IMG/VR virus record: IMGVR_UViG_3300036766_000317
Coordinates: 1-64,000 of that record
Length of the DNA: 64,000 nucleotides
Direction: 5' to 3' (one strand)
DNA from: a virus
Positions 58,606 through 64,000 of this stretch are shown one piece after another. Numbering within the stretch: the first letter of the stretch is position 1; every line of letters begins with the position of its first letter. The translations under genes were made by a program, and so were the position numbers. Below the pieces are notes generated by a model. That model saw only the letters and a list, made by a program, of their open reading frames with translations, did not search any database and was not told the origin of the DNA.

Positions 58606-59335
58606 ATGACACAAAAATTATGGAAGACAGCGGTATGTTTCTTCGGCTTAATGGTTGAAAAATTGATCCATCAACACAACACCCATGGGTTTTCAGGATG
58701 GGATTCAGAATCAAATGTTTCCAATGCAACGCTTCTTCGTAAACTGCGTGAGAATATAGAAAAAGAGGATTGGGTTGATGTAGCCAATCTGGCTATGATT
58801 CTTGATTACCGAAGAGGTACTTAAAATTTGATATTAAGGAGGATTAGAAAAATGTATGTAAAAATCAAATACATAGATGGGACGGAACAAAAAGAATACT
58901 GTGAAAGTTTCTCAGTTACAAAATACGGCAACCTACTTTCTATTTGCAAAGGACGAAACGAACACATCATATACATAAATATGCAAACCGTCAAATCTTT
59001 TCAAGAGGAGGATTAGTATGTCCTTGCACATAAAAGATATAGATTTAACAGAGACCACAACTAGATATTTACTAAGAAATCTACGAATAGTGCTATCTGC
59101 ACCTGATTTAACTGAACAAATGGCTCAGATTATATTAGACGAAGGAGGTTATTTTGTTTACCATGAAAATGAATTACTTGGTATATCTCCATTTAACTCA
59201 GATTTTGAATGGAAACCTACTTCCTTCTTTCTAGCTAAAGGAACTGATCTTAAAATAGCCCCTTTAATATATGGAGAAGGAAACTGTATTGGTTTTATAA
59301 GACTAGAGGAAAATAACTATGCCACTCCATATTGA
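58606..59335 (+). other. three small ORFs between pol and clamp loader (58606-58824, ~58852-59016, 59018-59335)
   Basis: each preceded by GGAGGATTAG; the first has WVDVANLAMIL. Confidence 0.6.
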
Positions 59336-60236
59336 GCACCGCCCAAAACAGTTATCCGAGATATTCGGAAACAAAGCCCTTGTAGATAGTCTAGAAACAA
59401 TCATGTCCAGGAAGTCGGACTATCCTCATGCTATTCTTATTCATGGTCCTTCAGGGTGTGGGAAGACAACCATAGCTCGTATCATTGGAACCTTACTAGA
59501 ATGTGAAACCATTGAAGAATACAATATGTCCAACACAAGAGGAATTGATACTATACGGGAACTCAATGATGCTTGTATGTATCTCCCTCTAATGGGAAAT
59601 ACCCGTGTGTATATCTTCGATGAGGTTCACCGCCAAACTAAAGATGCCCAGAATGCCATGCTAAAGCTGTTAGAAGATCCGCCCGCTCATGTGTACATTA
59701 TTCTTTGTACCACGGATCCCGAACAACTTCTTCCTACAGTCAGGGGAAGATGTCATACTTACCAAGTGAGACCTCTAAAATCAGATGAAATGATGGCTCT
59801 ACTTAAATCCGTTTTGAAGAAGGAAAAAGTAGAAGACTACCCGGAAAAGATACTGAGAGAAATAGCCCTATTATCAGAAGGACATCCGCGTAATGCCCTC
59901 GTTATGTTGGATTCTATAATAGACTTAACCGACACAGATACAGCTCTTGCAGTGCTGTCTACCATCTCAACAGTTGAAGCATCGACTAAAGAGATTTGTC
60001 AAGCTATCTTAAAAGGACAATCATGGGACAGCATACGAGAGACGGTAAAGAACGTCCTTCTTGAGACTGAACCAGAAAAGATACGACAATCGGTTCTTGG
60101 TTACATGACTTCCGTTGTCCTTAACTGCAAAACACACGACAAAGCTGTTGCCATCATCGATATCTTTTCCGAAACCATATTCTATAACGGACGATCTGGA
60201 ATTGTGAAGATGATTTATGCAGCTTTGAAACAGTAG
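59319..60236 (+). CDS. clamp loader ATPase (DnaX gamma/tau-like)
   Basis: RPK...E..G, GPSGCGKTT, DEVH, AQNAMLK.LEDPP, TV.GRC, G..R.A. Confidence 0.9.
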   Translation: MPLHIEHRPKQLSEIFGNKALVDSLETIMSRKSDYPHAILIHGPSGCGKTTIARIIGTLLECETIEEYNMSNTRGIDTIRELNDACMYLPLMGNTRVYIFDEVHRQTKDAQNAMLKLLEDPPAHVYIILCTTDPEQLLPTVRGRCHTYQVRPLKSDEMMALLKSVLKKEKVEDYPEKILREIALLSEGHPRNALVMLDSIIDLTDTDTALAVLSTISTVEASTKEICQAILKGQSWDSIRETVKNVLLETEPEKIRQSVLGYMTSVVLNCKTHDKAVAIIDIFSETIFYNGRSGIVKMIYAALKQ

Positions 60237-60283
60237 AAATTGGACATCCTTGAAAACTTTGCTATACTTTTTATGAACGTGAG

Positions 60284-60817
60284 GTGATGAATATGGATAG
60301 AAAAACTCTAAAGGATTCTCTGAAGTTGGATATTATGTCTCTGGACACCGCTTGTCTTGAACAAGCTTCTCTCTACGAAGAAATGGGGGAAGATTGGGCT
60401 GAAGCTATTGCTGAACGGGATAGGGTCAAGGAACGATTGACAGCAAAACGTGCCGAGATAGATGAAGATGTTAGGAAACATCCAGAAAACTATGGTAGTG
60501 GGGACAAGATCACGGAAACCTGGATAGCTAACAAAGTATCCCAGAATGCTGAAATCGTTACTTTAAATGATGAATTGATCACTTGTCAGTATGATGTCAA
60601 CATGCTGTCTACTGGTAAAGAGTCCATCGAACATCGCGGCAATGCCCTTAAATTCCTTATTGAATTGTATAAAGGAAATTACTTTGCGGCTTCTTCAAGA
60701 CGTTTTCCGGAAGCAGCCGAAGCTGCGGCAACTTCTCAAGATAATCAAGGCAAGTCGATGGATAATCATCCGAGATTACTGAAAAGAAGGATTCAGAGCA
60801 ATGGGCAATCTTCCTGA
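60284..60817 (+). CDS. UvsY-like helical recombination mediator
   Basis: coiled coil, K.TE..I; position next to SSB and RecA. Confidence 0.55.
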   Translation: MMNMDRKTLKDSLKLDIMSLDTACLEQASLYEEMGEDWAEAIAERDRVKERLTAKRAEIDEDVRKHPENYGSGDKITETWIANKVSQNAEIVTLNDELITCQYDVNMLSTGKESIEHRGNALKFLIELYKGNYFAASSRRFPEAAEAAATSQDNQGKSMDNHPRLLKRRIQSNGQSS

Positions 60818-60955
60818 TTGGCTGAAGACAGCCGGTCTGTTAATAGGTGTCCCGGTATATCTATACATTTTGCTACGTTGGATGACTTCGGCTGTTGTAA
60901 GGTCATACTTTGAAATAAAACAGGAATTTCAATCAATAAATAAGAAGGAGGTTGT

Positions 60956-61990
60956 ATGAACACACAACAAAGAAGGGAATTGTATAGGAAGGAATCAAAC
61001 CAACGGCATGAAGAAAGTTATGCCAACAGAGAGGACACTGGACGTTTCCGAGATATCTTCGATTCCGTAGCCAAGTCGGGGGTTACTTTCTGGAAAGACA
61101 AAGAGGATGATCATGACATCTACATCGTGCCTTACGTTACTGGAAAGAATCATCCCCGCATCGCTGAAGGAAAGATGGCCATCACCTGTGATGTGTTCGT
61201 TCACAGAGGCATCGGCGTCAATCAGGATAGCTTTGTCTGCCTGAACAAATCTTACGGAAAGAAATGCCCCGTCTGTGAATACCAAGCGGAGCTTCGGGAC
61301 GCAGAAGATGCGGATGAAGATGCTGTAAGGGCTTTGAATGCTTCTCGGCGAAGTCTTTACAACATCGTTTGTCTTGATACACCAGCGACACGGGATAAAG
61401 GGGTACAGGTGTGGAACGTATCTCATTATCTATTCACCATCCCCCTCGAAGAACTTGCCCATAAGAAGAAGGGCGGAGGGAATGTTCTTTATGGGGATAT
61501 TGACAAAGGGAAGGTCATTTCTTTCCGGCGTAAAGGCACCAAATTAAATACAGAATACACTGCTTTTGAGTTCAAGGATCGGGACGAAATTCCTGACACC
61601 ATTCTCGATAGCGCCGTATGTCTCGACAATCTGATCCATATCCCGACAGACGAGGAAGTCTCTACAGCTTTCTGGGAGTCAAAAGAAGGGGAAGAGAAAC
61701 CTTCTGAGACAGAGAAAGAAGAGCGGAAGCCGAAAGAGGAAGTAAGAAAGACAGAAACCACAGTAGAAGAGAAGGATGTCCCTGAATCCATAACTGAATC
61801 GGGGGAATTGGAATGTCCTTCTGGGGCTGTTATCGGCAAGGACTACAATCAGTATGAGGAATGCCGTCCTTGCGAAGAGCGAAAGGCTTGTCGCGCTCTG
61901 CTCGACAAAATGGAGGAAGAGACCGAAGCTAAGAAGAAAGCGGAGGCAAAAGCCCCTGAGAAGAAGAAACTCACCAGAAGGGAGAAGTAA
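60956..61990 (+). CDS. gp32-like single-stranded DNA-binding protein
   Basis: H..., CL..YGK.CPVCE, YNIV, charged tail. Confidence 0.75.
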   Translation: MNTQQRRELYRKESNQRHEESYANREDTGRFRDIFDSVAKSGVTFWKDKEDDHDIYIVPYVTGKNHPRIAEGKMAITCDVFVHRGIGVNQDSFVCLNKSYGKKCPVCEYQAELRDAEDADEDAVRALNASRRSLYNIVCLDTPATRDKGVQVWNVSHYLFTIPLEELAHKKKGGGNVLYGDIDKGKVISFRRKGTKLNTEYTAFEFKDRDEIPDTILDSAVCLDNLIHIPTDEEVSTAFWESKEGEEKPSETEKEERKPKEEVRKTETTVEEKDVPESITESGELECPSGAVIGKDYNQYEECRPCEERKACRALLDKMEEETEAKKKAEAKAPEKKKLTRREK

Positions 61991-63075
61991 TGTCAACGAT
62001 CATTAAGAAAAAAGTACAGGAGATTAAAGAAGCCATCGAATCTCCTGTAGACAATGATCTCTCCTTCATCTCTCGCACCATCAATGTGGACCTTGTTGTT
62101 TCAACAGGGTCCACATTGCTCGATCTATCTATTTCGGGAAAGAGGGTAAGAGGGGGAGGACTTCCTGGTGGGGTACTTGTAGAAATCTTCGGTCGATCTC
62201 AGTCAGGGAAGACGGCTATACTATCTGAGATTTTGGCATCTGTGCAATCCCATGGTGGGGAGACTGAAATAGAGGATCCAGAGGGCCGAGTTGATGCAGA
62301 ATACACCCGGGTTTTCGGAGTAAACATTAAAGAAAAATATAGTTATAGTCGTCCAGATACAGTAGATCAGATTTTCGCAAATGCTCAAGCATGGAAACCT
62401 GAAAATCCTAATGTCATTAATGCCCGAGGCACAGACTCTTTAGCCGCTCTAACTACTGATTTAGAAATGGGTCCTAAAGGGGACAAAATGGGCATGAGGA
62501 GAGGAAAAGAATTCTCTGCCGGATTTAGAAAGACAGCCCGTCTTATAGCTAATAATAATTGGCTATGGGTTTGTACGAACCAAGTTCGACAAGGCGATTA
62601 CGGAGAAACTACTCCAGGTGGAATGGCCACCGGCTTCTACGCTTCTGTCCGTATACAGTTACGACAACAGGAGAAGATCGAAAAATCCATCACTCTTGAA
62701 AAAGAAAAAACAGGATCGGAAGAGAAGAAGGAAAAAAAGGACAAGAAGTCTGGGGTGGAAGTTACGAAAGTAATTGGCATATTGACAGAAGCCACGGTAA
62801 TCAAAAGCATCGATGATCCGTATCGAGTAGCTCCAATCTATATCATATTCGGATATGGTGTCGATGACATTCGAGGTAACCTACAATATTGTAAAGACAT
62901 GACTAATAATACCACCTACTCTTGTCCAGATGGTAGAACCTTTGTCTCAATTAATATGGCTATTCAGCATATTGAAAACGAAAATTTGGAAAAGGTTCTG
63001 AAAGAAAGAACTATTGATCTTTGGGAAGAAATCGAAAAGAAGTTTGAAGCCAAACGCAATCCGAAAGTGAGGTAG
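61990..63075 (+). CDS. recA: RecA/UvsX recombinase
   Basis: STGS..LD, GGLP.G..VEIFG..SGKT, DSLAAL, NQVR, TPGG....FYASVR. Confidence 0.92.
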   Translation: MSTIIKKKVQEIKEAIESPVDNDLSFISRTINVDLVVSTGSTLLDLSISGKRVRGGGLPGGVLVEIFGRSQSGKTAILSEILASVQSHGGETEIEDPEGRVDAEYTRVFGVNIKEKYSYSRPDTVDQIFANAQAWKPENPNVINARGTDSLAALTTDLEMGPKGDKMGMRRGKEFSAGFRKTARLIANNNWLWVCTNQVRQGDYGETTPGGMATGFYASVRIQLRQQEKIEKSITLEKEKTGSEEKKEKKDKKSGVEVTKVIGILTEATVIKSIDDPYRVAPIYIIFGYGVDDIRGNLQYCKDMTNNTTYSCPDGRTFVSINMAIQHIENENLEKVLKERTIDLWEEIEKKFEAKRNPKVR

Positions 63076-63077
63076 AA

Positions 63078-63380
63078 ATGGACGATCATTGGAAAACAGA
63101 GGTGTCTGCACATATTGGCACAAACGTCTTTTTCCTTGAAACACTAGGGCCCATTATGGGTTCCATTGCCAGAACAAATGAAGGCGGTCTTTTCATTCTG
63201 AGTCCAAGAGCTGTAGGTCCTCAGGGATTAGGACGACTTCCTGGACTACCTGACAAGGTATTTCTGCTTACAAAACCTCTCTACATCTGGCCCGTCAAAG
63301 CCCCAGATGTTTTAGCTGCATATACAAAATCAACCACAGGTCTTATTTTGGTAAACAAAATATCCCCGGTGCCAAAATGA
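63078..63380 (+). CDS. small Sm-like/hypothetical protein
   Basis: Y...TTGL C-terminus; RBS. Confidence 0.5.
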   Translation: MDDHWKTEVSAHIGTNVFFLETLGPIMGSIARTNEGGLFILSPRAVGPQGLGRLPGLPDKVFLLTKPLYIWPVKAPDVLAAYTKSTTGLILVNKISPVPK

Positions 63381-64000
63381 TCCTACTACTGGATAGTAAT
63401 TCAATCTGCCACCAAATGAAACATGGTATGACTGATCTTTCTTTCCACGAAAAAAAAGTGGGCGTTATATTTGGTTTCCTGAGGCAGCTTCTTTCCCTCG
63501 CAAAGAAATTTGAATCCAACAGATTCGTCTTTGCTTGGGATTCTCGATCATCGGTACGGAGTCAATTCTTTCCCGAATATAAAGGAAGACGTAAGAAGGA
63601 GAAAACTCTAGAAGAGAAAGAGTTGGACGATATTGCCTATTCACAATTTAATGCCCTTCAATACGAAATCCTAGCAGAAATTGGATTCTTGAATTCCTTC
63701 TCTCAAGAGGGCTATGAGGCGGATGATATTATAGCCTCAATAGTTCGCTGCAATAATAAAGAAAAGATCGTTATTATTTCTACGGACGAAGACTTGTACC
63801 AACTTCTTTCTGAGAACGTGACCATATACTCGATACGAAAGAAGCAGGAATATACACACCACAATCTTTGGAAGGATTGTCGAGTCCCTCCCCAGGATTG
63901 GCCTGATGTCAAAAGTATAGCCGGTTGTAGTTCGGACGACATTCCGGGAGTTGTTGGTGTGGGAGAGAAAACGGCTTGTAAGTATCTCAATCGTCAATTA
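63377..64000 (+). CDS. 5'-3' exonuclease (PolI-N/T4 RNase H-like), truncated by the window edge
   Basis: LLDSN, AWD, YKG.R, EADD.IA, STD.DL.QL, G.SSD.IPGV.GVGEKTA. Confidence 0.9.
   Translation, partial: MILLLDSNSICHQMKHGMTDLSFHEKKVGVIFGFLRQLLSLAKKFESNRFVFAWDSRSSVRSQFFPEYKGRRKKEKTLEEKELDDIAYSQFNALQYEILAEIGFLNSFSQEGYEADDIIASIVRCNNKEKIVIISTDEDLYQLLSENVTIYSIRKKQEYTHHNLWKDCRVPPQDWPDVKSIAGCSSDDIPGVVGVGEKTACKYLNRQL

Noticed and set aside
1-64000. Stop-codon reassignment, inteins, diversity-generating retroelement
   Set aside because: Core genes are intact in the standard code, with no intein-sized insertions recognised and no reverse transcriptase or TR/VR pair seen.

Overview
The window is about 64 kb of a tailed dsDNA bacteriophage genome using the standard genetic code; no integrase is seen and the host cannot be read from the sequence. 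The left arm (1-23.2 kb, minus strand) is a late/head module: terS, terL, fibre-like proteins, portal, a nine-gene glycosyltransferase/methyltransferase/radical-SAM cluster, prohead protease, decoration protein and major capsid protein. A 2.6 kb mostly non-coding divergence region follows. The right arm (25.8-64 kb, plus strand) has about 40 small early genes, then replication genes (SF2 helicase, primase, initiator with iterons, DnaB, beta clamp, UDG-PolA, clamp loader, SSB, RecA, 5'-3' exonuclease) and a 7-deazaguanine DNA-modification set (folE, queD, queE, queC, dpdA-like). Three things stand out. (1) Eight circularly permuted twister ribozymes lie in early-region gene junctions. (2) About eight copies of a second, unrecognised structured RNA motif occupy the same kind of junction, and a 31-bp RNA duplex encloses one gene; together these suggest the early transcript is diced into short units. 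(3) A 688-nt island containing a whole transcription unit has no GG or CC dinucleotide, plausibly a modification-free or PAM-free first-expressed gene near the genome end.
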